The notes beneath the pieces were generated by a model that searched no databases, was not told the origin of the DNA, and saw only the letters and a list, made by a program, of their open reading frames with translations. A program made the translations under genes and the position numbers. DNA of 63,818 nt, the filler included, from Limisphaerales bacterium (GTDB taxonomy: Bacteria > Verrucomicrobiota > Verrucomicrobiia > Limisphaerales > SIBE01): the NCBI GenBank assembly GCA_044225505.1. It is 3 parts of 3 records of this genome, joined end to end, with 100 filler letters (N's around TTAATTAATTAA, not from the genome) between each part and the next. Parts side by side here need not be neighbours in the genome. Positions count along the whole stretch, not along the records: positions 23,989 to 50,955 come from JBGAIN010000136.1; positions 51,056 to 63,818 come from JBGAIN010000205.1; 1 more part is not named here. One strand, 5' to 3'. Shown one piece after another: positions 50,866 through 59,824 of this stretch (position 1 is the first letter of the stretch; every line of letters starts with the position of its first letter).

Positions 50866-50955
50866 ACGTATTGGCGGATAAGCGTCGTTGAGGAGTTGGG
50901 AGCGGCCGCACTGAGCAGAGCGAAAATCCCCTTGCCCCGCCTCGACAGCTGAAAG

Positions 50956-51055
50956 NNNNNNNNNNNNNNNNNNNNNNNNNNNNNNNNNNNNNNNNNNNNT
51001 TAATTAATTAANNNNNNNNNNNNNNNNNNNNNNNNNNNNNNNNNNNNNNNNNNNN
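50956..51055. other. Artificial contig-joining spacer
   Basis: N-run with a central TTAATTAATTAA. Confidence 0.98.
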
Positions 51056-51056
51056 T

Positions 51057-52874
51057 ATTGCACGTCCGAGAACGCCGGAGCTTGCTCAAGCGGAGAGCGG
51101 AACTTCTCAACGCGGGCTAGACCTAGAGTTCAGTGGTTCCATGAATGAGCGCCGGAACGCGGTCGGCGCGGGATCCGATCCAGGGGGCGCTCCACTCATC
51201 GAAGGATCGACTGTCGAGGGGGCGAACTCGCGACCCTCTCAGCGCGATTTGGCGCTGGCCTTAAACCAGACCTCGGGAAGCTCTCACGCGGTTTTGTCAG
51301 AACCGAGCTCAGCGGTGGCGAACGCTCGCGCGCTGAATCTGGAAGGGACGCCCAGCGAAACGTACCAGGCCATCCACGCGTCGGAGCTTTCAACGGCTCG
51401 ACCCATGCGCGTCGGCCCGCTTGGCGCGGTCACTGACGCGCGCCTCGTCGGGCGCTGGGACGTGACCGAGGTTTCTTTGAATTCGGATTCGCGAACAACG
51501 ATTATTGAAGATGCGCCTCTTGCCGGTGCAAGGGACTCGTTCTTGGCAATTTCGTCTGAAAAAAGGCCCGACGTGGCTCAGAAGAGTCAGTTCCCAGCAG
51601 TCGGTAAAGCGCTGATAGCAGAGGGACCCGCGCACGAAGAGGCTACCGATCTTGAATCCAGTGCGGCACTTTCAGCCCTCCCGGCAGAAATTGCACCCGA
51701 TGCCGATCAGGCTCTTCACGAGAATGAGAACAACCCTGCGGTTTCAGCATCAGCGCCATTGGTTGACTCGACGACAGAGCCTTCTGGCTCCACCACCATC
51801 TTCGAGACGACAAGCTCGATCGAAGAAGCCGTCGGAAACCAGAGTCAGGGCAAAGTGGAATTTTCGACCAATTCCACTCCGCCGCCCGGCGTTGACTCGG
51901 TCGCCGCGCCGTTAACTCAACGCAGGCCCGTGGAACCACGTGGCACTCGCGCGGCATCCAGGACTGAGGCCCAGGCAGTGCGCGTGGCTATGGGGGAAAC
52001 GGGGACAGTGCGGACGCCAGTGGGAACGGATGTTGCGCCCGTGGAAGTCGATTCTGACCAGCTCATTCGTCGGATCGTGGCAACCGCCGTTGGACCTGCC
52101 GCCGTGGATGGAGGGCGACGGATGGAGCGTCGGGAGCGTGTTTCAGAATCCTCTGGCACATCTGTTGCTCAGACAGACAACCAGATGAAACGTGCTGCGA
52201 ACAAGTATGAATTTGCCTCCTCGAGCCTGCAAGATTTGCCGGGGGGGGCAGGACGTTCTCTACCATCGAAAGATGGGGTGGAAACCAAGGTTGCAGCAAA
52301 TCGATTGGTCAGTGACCCATCGAACGATTCTGCGGCGTGGTCGACCAGTGCCAACGGCGCGTCGTCGAACAGCAGTCTCAACGTCGGCGAAGCCCATGAA
52401 ACCGGGAGTCGCCGCGGCGAGGTGGCTGAGCGCTTGGCGCAACTAATCCAAGCTGAAGCGCAGGGCTTGGGCCGGACGAAACCGGAACGTGTGTTGGTGC
52501 GTTTGCGTCCCGACGAAGAGACCGAGATCGTGCTGCGTTTGCATCTGCAAAACGGAGCTGTTGAAGCGCAGGCGCACTGCGATCGCGGCAACCTTGAGGC
52601 GTTGGGTGCTCAATGGAGCCAATTACAAGAGACGCTTTCGTCTTGTGGCGTGCGTTTAGGGCCGCTTCATACTGGACCCGCGTCTGACTCGCCAGCTCAA
52701 CACCCGCATTCGGCGCCGTTCGCCAATGGCGAATCCTCTCAAAACCAACGTCACTCCAGGCCAGCACCGTCGGTTCGGGAACTGGAAGGGGATCGGGTTG
52801 CGTCAAATCGGCCGCAGAGCCGTCGCGTGTCGACGGCGCAGAAGTCAGGGCGAATCTTAGAACTTTGGGCGTAA
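51057..52874 (+). CDS. fliK: Flagellar hook-length control protein (5' partial)
   Basis: Long Ser/Ala-rich disordered region, C-terminal VRLRPD..LQETL domain, directly upstream of flgD; frame open from the contig start. Confidence 0.7.
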   Translation: MARPRTPELAQAESGTSQRGLDLEFSGSMNERRNAVGAGSDPGGAPLIEGSTVEGANSRPSQRDLALALNQTSGSSHAVLSEPSSAVANARALNLEGTPSETYQAIHASELSTARPMRVGPLGAVTDARLVGRWDVTEVSLNSDSRTTIIEDAPLAGARDSFLAISSEKRPDVAQKSQFPAVGKALIAEGPAHEEATDLESSAALSALPAEIAPDADQALHENENNPAVSASAPLVDSTTEPSGSTTIFETTSSIEEAVGNQSQGKVEFSTNSTPPPGVDSVAAPLTQRRPVEPRGTRAASRTEAQAVRVAMGETGTVRTPVGTDVAPVEVDSDQLIRRIVATAVGPAAVDGGRRMERRERVSESSGTSVAQTDNQMKRAANKYEFASSSLQDLPGGAGRSLPSKDGVETKVAANRLVSDPSNDSAAWSTSANGASSNSSLNVGEAHETGSRRGEVAERLAQLIQAEAQGLGRTKPERVLVRLRPDEETEIVLRLHLQNGAVEAQAHCDRGNLEALGAQWSQLQETLSSCGVRLGPLHTGPASDSPAQHPHSAPFANGESSQNQRHSRPAPSVRELEGDRVASNRPQSRRVSTAQKSGRILELWA

Positions 52875-52875
52875 T

Positions 52876-53373
52876 ATGAGCTCTCCAATCTCTCCAACTG
52901 GTGCTACGAGCAGCAAGAATGGGATTTCCGACCCGAATTGGACGCCAGGATCGTCACGGGTTCGAGTCACATCGCTCGGACAAAACGATTTTCTAAAGCT
53001 GCTCGTTACGCAGATGACCGCGCAAGATCCAATGAATCCTAAAGCAGACACTGAGTTCATCGCACAAATGGCCCAGTTCAGTGCTTTGGAGCAGGCCAAG
53101 TCGACGCAGGCAGAAATGACTAAGATCAGCGCGGACCAAGATTTGATCCGAGCCAACGGATTGCTGGGGAAAACAGTGGAACTGCAAATGGATGCGGATC
53201 TAACAGCGCAGGGGACGGTGAGCGCTGTGCAAGTAGAGGCAGGGACGCCCAAACTCGTCGTGAACGGAGAACTATTCGACTTAGACCAGGTGATAACCAT
53301 CGCCTCTGGTCTCGATTCAACCTCAACTTCTACTCTAAACAACTATGCTAGGATCTCTCAACTCGGGCGTTAG
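52876..53373 (+). CDS. flgD: Flagellar hook capping protein
   Basis: LGQNDFLKLLVTQMTAQDPMNP..FIAQMAQFSALEQ. Confidence 0.93.
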   Translation: MSSPISPTGATSSKNGISDPNWTPGSSRVRVTSLGQNDFLKLLVTQMTAQDPMNPKADTEFIAQMAQFSALEQAKSTQAEMTKISADQDLIRANGLLGKTVELQMDADLTAQGTVSAVQVEAGTPKLVVNGELFDLDQVITIASGLDSTSTSTLNNYARISQLGR

Positions 53374-54187
53374 CGGACTTCGTCAGTTTCAGAATGAAAT
53401 GGACGTCATTGGCAACAACATTGCCAACTCCAATACGTTGGGCTTCAAGTCTGCGCGCGCGGACTTTGCCGATGCCCTCAGCCAGACTCTGCAAGCGCCG
53501 ACCAACGGCCCTTCCATGCAGCTGGGCAGCGGTGTGACTACGGCCGCAGTCAAGACGATTTTTGACCAAGGATCCCTGACCAGGACGGGAGTTAAAACGG
53601 ATCTCGCGATTTCCGGAGAGGGATTCTTTGTTGTGAAGGACACCATCGACGATCGAGAATACGCCACACGAGCCGGCGATTTCCGCGTCGACGACAACGG
53701 ATACCTGGTGACCAACGGTGGATTTCGTGTCCAAGGCTTCAGTGATTCCGGATTGACCACACGGGGTGATCTCCTCATCGACGGAACCGGGCGCCCGGCG
53801 ACGTCGAGCGCGACCGCCACCGTGCAGGGTTTCAGTATTGACCAGACCGGCAAAGTGACGGTGCACCTTTCCGACAACACCGACTTTGTTCGAGGTGAAA
53901 TTCTACTCCAGAGATTTCAAAACCCCCACGCGCTTGTGAAGGAAGGCAACAGTCTTTACTCGGGTATTGCTGACGCCGGACCGATGGGGGGGGCGACACC
54001 GCAAAGCGAGGCCCCCGGCAGCAATGGCCTTGGCCAAATCCAGAGCGGCACGTTGGAATTATCCAATGTCGATTTGACGAATGAGTTCGCCAACCTGATC
54101 ACCACACAGCGCGGCTTTCAAGCGAGCGCGCGTATAATCACGACCAGTGACGAGTTACTGCAGGAACTGGTCAACCTCAAACGATAG
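53345..54187 (+). CDS. flgE: Flagellar hook protein, short form
   Basis: IGNNIANSNTLGFK, DLAISGEGFF, TRAGDF and LELSNVDL; follows flgD. Confidence 0.88.
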   Translation: MLGSLNSGVSGLRQFQNEMDVIGNNIANSNTLGFKSARADFADALSQTLQAPTNGPSMQLGSGVTTAAVKTIFDQGSLTRTGVKTDLAISGEGFFVVKDTIDDREYATRAGDFRVDDNGYLVTNGGFRVQGFSDSGLTTRGDLLIDGTGRPATSSATATVQGFSIDQTGKVTVHLSDNTDFVRGEILLQRFQNPHALVKEGNSLYSGIADAGPMGGATPQSEAPGSNGLGQIQSGTLELSNVDLTNEFANLITTQRGFQASARIITTSDELLQELVNLKR

Positions 54188-54195
54188 GCTAGGTT

Positions 54196-54765
54196 ATGGC
54201 CACGGAACGTCCAGAATCCCAAAAGTCTCCAGAGCCCGAAAAGACGGGCGCCGAAGCCCAGGCAAACACCGCAGCGGCAGCGGGTTCGGGGGGGATCAAG
54301 GCCTGGATTCCGTTGCTAGCGAACGTGGTTCTTATGCCGGTCGTCGCTTATTTTAGCACGACGATGCTTTTGGCTCCGAAATTAAAAGGGGGGCATGCCG
54401 CAAGCGGCGCCCACGAAGCGCCGACCGGACACGGCGAAGGCGCTGCTGCTGGCGGCAAAACCAAATTCACTGTTCCCCTGAACGGCAAAGTGCTGGTCAA
54501 TATCTCGGGTACCGCGGGAACTCGTTACCTCTTGGCCAACCTCTCTCTCGTTGGAGCTCAAGCGACATTAAAAGAGTCGGTGGAAAAGAACGAAGCGGAA
54601 TTGCGAGACGTCGCAGCGGGGGTGCTTTCGACAAAAACTATTGCAGACCTGGAGAAGCCCGGAGCCCGAAACTTAATCCGTGCTGAGCTCATCTCGGTCT
54701 TTAACAACGTGCTTGGAGAGGGCGCTGTCCAAGAATTGTTTCTGACCGAATTCGCTATTCAATAA
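54196..54765 (+). CDS. fliL: Flagellar basal body-associated protein
   Basis: Single TM helix; LVNISG..RYL; LFLTEFAIQ ending. Confidence 0.88.
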   Translation: MATERPESQKSPEPEKTGAEAQANTAAAAGSGGIKAWIPLLANVVLMPVVAYFSTTMLLAPKLKGGHAASGAHEAPTGHGEGAAAGGKTKFTVPLNGKVLVNISGTAGTRYLLANLSLVGAQATLKESVEKNEAELRDVAAGVLSTKTIADLEKPGARNLIRAELISVFNNVLGEGAVQELFLTEFAIQ

Positions 54766-54775
54766 ACTCACGCGC

Positions 54776-55795
54776 ATGTCTGCCACCGAGCTCAGCATCG
54801 CAGATCAAGAACTCCTCTCCACAGTAGACGTGGAGCGCCTAATAGCGGAGATATCCAAAGAAGCTCATCCGGCTACTGATTCGGTTAAACAAACACCGCT
54901 CCCCACTCCCGAGCCGGAGGTTCAACCGTTTGACTTTCGAGGTCCGTCACTTCCGACGCCTCGGGAACTGCGCTCATTCCAGGCGCAGCTCGAAGGGGTG
55001 GCTGATCTCTTGACCGACCGTTTGTCGAGCTATTTGCACGGAGACTTTACGCTGTGCGTTACCGACGTTCAAACTCGGACCTATGCGGAGTTTGTGAAGG
55101 ACATTCCGCCTTCCTGTCACTTGACCTTATTCAAGGTGGAACCGTTGCGGGGTATTTGCATTCTAGAGCTCAATGCCCGCCTTGCGCTGGCCATGAGCGA
55201 TCGGTTGATGGGCGGTAAAGGAACTCCACCGTCTGACTCACGCGAATTGACTCAGGTGGAAGTCGCTTTGTTGGAGCCGGCCGTTCAATTGGTCCTGAGT
55301 GAATGGTGTGCGTACTGGTCGAAAGTCCAAGCGCTCACCCCGATGCTGCTTGGGCACGAAAGCACCGCTCGGTTTCTTCGGACATCTGCCCCGGATGCCA
55401 CCATGATTCTCATCGTCATGGAAGCAAGGTTGGGTGATTGTGTGGAGATGCTTCACCTCGCGTTTCCAAGTGCGACCTTGGAACCGCTGCTCCTCGAGCT
55501 TCGAGCCAAAGCCAGCCTGGCAGTGGAACAGTTGCTCGAACCAACCCCGGCGGTTAAGCCTAAGTGGAAGCATGATTTCGACGAGATTCCGATCTCGATT
55601 GTCGCCCATTGGCCTGGAATGAAAGTGCGGGCCGGTCAACTGACAACACTGGCAGTGGGCGATGTCATTCCGCTGCCTCCAGAGTTTGCCAGCCGCATTC
55701 GCCTCTCCCTGGCCCGGGCAGCCAAGTTTTCCGGCCGGCTTGGGACGAGCGAGGACTGCTGGGCCGTGGAAATTACCGAAGTCTTAAAACCCTGA
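54776..55795 (+). CDS. fliM: Flagellar motor switch protein
   Basis: PFDFR, DRLMGGKG, RELTQVE and a C-terminal SpoA domain. Confidence 0.88.
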   Translation: MSATELSIADQELLSTVDVERLIAEISKEAHPATDSVKQTPLPTPEPEVQPFDFRGPSLPTPRELRSFQAQLEGVADLLTDRLSSYLHGDFTLCVTDVQTRTYAEFVKDIPPSCHLTLFKVEPLRGICILELNARLALAMSDRLMGGKGTPPSDSRELTQVEVALLEPAVQLVLSEWCAYWSKVQALTPMLLGHESTARFLRTSAPDATMILIVMEARLGDCVEMLHLAFPSATLEPLLLELRAKASLAVEQLLEPTPAVKPKWKHDFDEIPISIVAHWPGMKVRAGQLTTLAVGDVIPLPPEFASRIRLSLARAAKFSGRLGTSEDCWAVEITEVLKP

Positions 55796-55807
55796 AGAGC
55801 TCACTTT

Positions 55808-56068
55808 GTGAACGCAACTCAAGATTATCCCCCCAATCTCGACATCCTTTTGGATGTGCCCGTCCAGGTTACTGTCCAACTCGGCGCTTGCCAATTGCCG
55901 ATGCGCGAAGTGCTGCAATTGAACGTTGGTTCGGTGGTGCAGTTGGACAAGCCTTCCGATGCTCCGGTTGAGCTTCAGGTAAATGACAAACTGATCGCAC
56001 GGGGCGCGGTGGTGGTAGTCGAGAATCGCTTTGGATTGAAGATCACCGAACTGGTGGCCAAGCAATGA
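55808..56068 (+). CDS. fliN: Flagellar motor switch protein
   Basis: LDILLDVPVQVTVQLG..GSVVQLDK..FGLKITE. Confidence 0.93.
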   Translation: MNATQDYPPNLDILLDVPVQVTVQLGACQLPMREVLQLNVGSVVQLDKPSDAPVELQVNDKLIARGAVVVVENRFGLKITELVAKQ

Positions 56069-56568
56069 ATCTCAGGGAATCAATGCGGCGCGATTCGAGG
56101 TTTGGTGGGCTCGCCCGATGGTTGACTGGCCTCGTGGTCGCGATTTCGTCCGAAAGCATCTTGCGCAGCGAGGCTGTTCAGCCCTTGGTTGCGCCCACGG
56201 CGCCAGGCGCAGGAGCGACTTTCTTTTCGATGATCCGGGTCCTTGGGGCGTTCGCTTTAGTTCTGGCGGTTTTTTTTGGTGGCTTGTGGGTGTGGCGTAA
56301 TTGGCAGCGGCTCGCCGTTGGCCGACCGGTCAAAGCGCCCAGATTGAGTATTTTGGAAGGGCGATCGTTGGGGCAACGTCAATCCATCTTTGTCATCGGC
56401 TATGAGCAACAGCGGATGCTGGTCGCCACTTCTCCAAGTGGCGTCACACTGTTGACCCAATTGCCGCCGGAACAATCAGCGCCCGAGGTTGCCGTGGCCG
56501 ATTCGAGTCCGTCGCCTGTGCCAGCTTTTGGAGCGCTTTTATTGCGTGCTATCGCTCATCGATCATGA
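56065..56568 (+). CDS. fliO: Flagellar export chaperone
   Basis: TM helix then LSILEGRSLGQRQSIFV; located between fliN and fliP. Confidence 0.8.
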   Translation: MNLRESMRRDSRFGGLARWLTGLVVAISSESILRSEAVQPLVAPTAPGAGATFFSMIRVLGAFALVLAVFFGGLWVWRNWQRLAVGRPVKAPRLSILEGRSLGQRQSIFVIGYEQQRMLVATSPSGVTLLTQLPPEQSAPEVAVADSSPSPVPAFGALLLRAIAHRS

Positions 56569-57386
56569 CTTCTTGGCTCTCACCGAAACAGAAATGCCTG
56601 ACCTGTCTCTGTTGGGTGACGTTAGTGCTGCTGGTTGGCTTTGTGACTTCACTTGCCGCGGAAGCACCGGGCGGTGCAGCCTCGAGCACGTCGACGGGAA
56701 CGGCCGGTATTGCGCCGCTGCGTCTGAGCTTCGGAATGGAAGCCGCGCAACAACCCCAGGATGTCGATGTGGCAATCAAGATTCTGTTTGCCATCACCCT
56801 GTTAAGTCTAGCGCCTTCCATCATTCTATTGATGACCTGCTTCACGCGGATCGTGATTGTTTTGTCGTTTGTGCGATCGGCGTTGTCATTGCAGGGAACA
56901 CCAGCGAATCAAATTATTGTCGGTCTGGCATTATTCATTACGTACTTCATTATGTCGCCGGTCTGGTCTCAAATCGACGACCGAGCGCTCCAGCCGTACA
57001 TGGCCAAACAGATCACGAGTGAGCAAGCGTTGGAGGAAGCCTCTAAGCCTATCCGCGGCTTCATGCTGAAGCAGGCCCGACCCAAGGATGTGGAACTCTT
57101 TGTGGCTTTGGGCAAGCTGCCTCCCACGGCACCTGACCAATTGCCGCTCAAAGCCGTGGTGCCAGGATTTGTGCTCAGTGAATTGCGCACCGCTTTCCAG
57201 ATGGGTTTCCTTCTCTTTGTTCCGTTCATCTTGATCGACCTCGTGGTATCGACCGTGCTCATGAGCATGGGGATGATGATGATGCCGCCGGCCACGATTG
57301 CCTTGCCGCTTAAACTTCTGTTGTTTGTTCTCGTGGATGGATGGGAGTTGGTGGTCCGCTCGCTGATCCTAAGTTTCGGAAGCTAA
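56565..57386 (+). CDS. fliP: Flagellar export gate protein
   Basis: MTCFTRIVIVL, PANQ, MGMMMMPP and LFVLVDGW. Confidence 0.96.
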   Translation: MTSWLSPKQKCLTCLCWVTLVLLVGFVTSLAAEAPGGAASSTSTGTAGIAPLRLSFGMEAAQQPQDVDVAIKILFAITLLSLAPSIILLMTCFTRIVIVLSFVRSALSLQGTPANQIIVGLALFITYFIMSPVWSQIDDRALQPYMAKQITSEQALEEASKPIRGFMLKQARPKDVELFVALGKLPPTAPDQLPLKAVVPGFVLSELRTAFQMGFLLFVPFILIDLVVSTVLMSMGMMMMPPATIALPLKLLLFVLVDGWELVVRSLILSFGS

Positions 57387-57440
57387 TTCGAGGACGGCGC
57401 ACTTCGTGCTGTGTAGCTCCTGGAAAGCAGATTCCAAGCT

Positions 57441-57710
57441 ATGAACCCAGAATTCGCAGTCGAGTTGATCAAGAACATGATGCTCCAGTCGGTTAGCCTA
57501 GTCTGGCCGATCTTGACCACGGCCATGACCATCGGTCTGGGCATCAGTCTTTTCCAAGCGGTCACATCCATCCATGAGCAGACCTTGAGTTTTGTTCCGA
57601 AAGCCCTTGGATTGGTCGCTCTCATCATTTTGCTCCTGCCCGCTATGCTCCGGTCTCAGGTTGAATTTACGCGGGCGATCTTCGAGAAAATCCCGCAAAT
57701 GGTTCGGTAG
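57441..57710 (+). CDS. fliQ: Flagellar export gate protein
   Basis: FQAVTSIHEQTLSFVPK. Confidence 0.95.
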   Translation: MNPEFAVELIKNMMLQSVSLVWPILTTAMTIGLGISLFQAVTSIHEQTLSFVPKALGLVALIILLLPAMLRSQVEFTRAIFEKIPQMVR

Positions 57711-57746
57711 CGAGGTCTTAATCCTGATGCTCTCCGCTCTGGATTT

Positions 57747-58514
57747 ATGTTTGCCTCCGCATTTGCGAACTGGCTGATTGTCTTTGCCAGAGTCGGCGCC
57801 TTGCTCGCGGTTCTTCCTCTCTTCTCGCTGCCAAACGTGCCAGCGCGATTGCGAGTGTCCATGAGCGGAATGCTAGCCTTGTTATTAACTCCCTTCCTGC
57901 CTTCCCCCAATGTCGAAACGATGGCGACGGGCGCCTTGGTTCGCCTGCTTTTCCTGGAGATTAGTGTGGGACTGCTGCTCGGATTTGCCTGCCGCGTGGT
58001 ATTTTTTGCCCTCGACGCGGCCGGGCATTTGATCGCCACAGAGATCGGTTTGACAATGTCAGCCGAGATGAATCCGATGAGCGGAGCCCAATCGTCGGTT
58101 CCAGGGATGCTTCTTTACTGGATGGCGCTCATGTTGTGGTTCAGCCTGGATTTGCATCACTGGATGATCGCGGGTTTGCAACGGAGCTACGCTCTTGTGC
58201 CAATGGGGGCAGCCCACGTAAGTGAGGCTTTGCTTCAAGAAGGGATCCGGCGTAGCGCGTCGGTTTTCGGTATGGCCGTGCAATTGTCGGCACCCATGAT
58301 CGGCGTTTCGTTTGGCCTCTCTTTGGTTTTGGCTCTCCTCGGCCGAGCGGTTCCTCAAATGAACGTCTTTTCAGAGAGTTTTCCAATTCGGACTTTGGTC
58401 GGGTTAACCGTTTTTGGGTCGACTTGCATGTTCATGGGCCAGCACGTCGCTAACTACCTACGTCGGCTTCCAGAGGACGTCCTGCGTATCGCCAGTCTGT
58501 TGGGGACGGGTTGA
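57747..58514 (+). CDS. fliR: Flagellar export gate protein
   Basis: Multi-TM protein; AGHLIATEIGL and GRAVPQMNVF. Confidence 0.93.
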   Translation: MFASAFANWLIVFARVGALLAVLPLFSLPNVPARLRVSMSGMLALLLTPFLPSPNVETMATGALVRLLFLEISVGLLLGFACRVVFFALDAAGHLIATEIGLTMSAEMNPMSGAQSSVPGMLLYWMALMLWFSLDLHHWMIAGLQRSYALVPMGAAHVSEALLQEGIRRSASVFGMAVQLSAPMIGVSFGLSLVLALLGRAVPQMNVFSESFPIRTLVGLTVFGSTCMFMGQHVANYLRRLPEDVLRIASLLGTG

Positions 58515-58547
58515 CCTTACGGATTGCCGACATAACCCCACGTACTC

Positions 58548-59666
58548 ATGTCTGAGCAACTCGGCGAGAAGACAGAGCATCCGACGCACAAGCGCCTGGA
58601 AGAGGCGATCAAGCAGGGGCAGTTTCCCAGAAGCGCGGAGGTTCAGACGGTTTTTGTGCTCATGGCAGGTTTGGTCGCGCTGAAAATGGCCGGACCCGAC
58701 ATTTGGCGGACGATTGTGCTCTCGTTAACTTCGGTATTTAGCCATCTGCACGACGTGCCAGTGACCATGGAAGCGATGCCGGCCTATGCGATTCGAGCAG
58801 TGCTCGTGGTGTCGACCTGCGTCTCACCAATCGTCGTTGCCACGATGGTGGCGGGCTTGCTGGCCGGAGGAATTCAAAACCGATTTCAAACGGCCTCCGA
58901 AGCACTTACGCCGAAATGGGAGCGTCTTGATCCCATGGCTGGGCTAAAGAGAGTTTTCTCAGGTCAATCGGTAGTGCCGACAACAGTTGCGTCGCTCAAA
59001 CTCAGCCTGGTCGTTGGAGTCTCCTATTCCAAAATCCACGCGATTCTCACAGACGCCACTCTCTACTCGGCCTCCAGTGTCGCGGGAATTGCCGCAGCGG
59101 TGACAGGTGCGGCGGTGGGGATCCTCTGGAGGATTATTTTTGGTCTGATGCTTCTCTCGGCCATCGACTATGCTTACCAGTTTTGGAAAACCAGCCGGGA
59201 CCTAATGATGACTCGGCAAGAGGTAAAAGAGGAAATTAAGAACAGCGAAGGCAATCCTCAAGTGAAGGCTCGTCAGCGGCGGCGTCGCACCAAAACGATT
59301 CGGCAGATGCTCTTGGATGTGGCCAAGGCGGACGTAGTGGTTACCAACCCGACCCATTTGGCCGTCGCTCTCCGGTATGACCGAAAGACGATGAAAGCCC
59401 CGCGGATCGTAGCTAAAGGAAGCCGGTTGAACGCACTCCGCATTCGTGAGATTGCAGCGCGGCATTCTATCCCAGTTTTAGAGAACAAACCCCTGGCGCG
59501 AACGATGTTTAAGTACGGCCGTGTGGGTGGTGAGATTCCTGCTCAGCTCTATGTCGCCGTGGCGGAGATATTGGCCTATGTCTATCGAATTAATCGGTAC
59601 CGCTATTATGCGGAGGAGAACCAAACTGCTGGTGTGCAACCAGATGTGATGAAAGCGTCGCCATGA
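58548..59666 (+). CDS. flhB: Flagellar export switch protein
   Basis: EKTEHPT, EGNPQVK and the NPTH autocleavage motif. Confidence 0.96.
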   Translation: MSEQLGEKTEHPTHKRLEEAIKQGQFPRSAEVQTVFVLMAGLVALKMAGPDIWRTIVLSLTSVFSHLHDVPVTMEAMPAYAIRAVLVVSTCVSPIVVATMVAGLLAGGIQNRFQTASEALTPKWERLDPMAGLKRVFSGQSVVPTTVASLKLSLVVGVSYSKIHAILTDATLYSASSVAGIAAAVTGAAVGILWRIIFGLMLLSAIDYAYQFWKTSRDLMMTRQEVKEEIKNSEGNPQVKARQRRRRTKTIRQMLLDVAKADVVVTNPTHLAVALRYDRKTMKAPRIVAKGSRLNALRIREIAARHSIPVLENKPLARTMFKYGRVGGEIPAQLYVAVAEILAYVYRINRYRYYAEENQTAGVQPDVMKASP

Positions 59667-59824
59667 TCCGAGGACCTCTGCCATCCCTTGCCCTCCTTCG
59701 TCGGGAGGCTTCGAATGGGGAAACGATCCGAGAACGGCAATTCCTGCCGGTGAGATCGCTTAAGGTCGGCCCTCGGAGAGTGGCTCAGCGGGTTTGGCAA
59801 TTTTCTTAACGGCAATCGCAGCCT

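Noticed and set aside
59794..59809. Sigma-54 promoter upstream of flhA (TGGCAATTTTCTTAA)
   Set aside because: The -12 GC dinucleotide is missing
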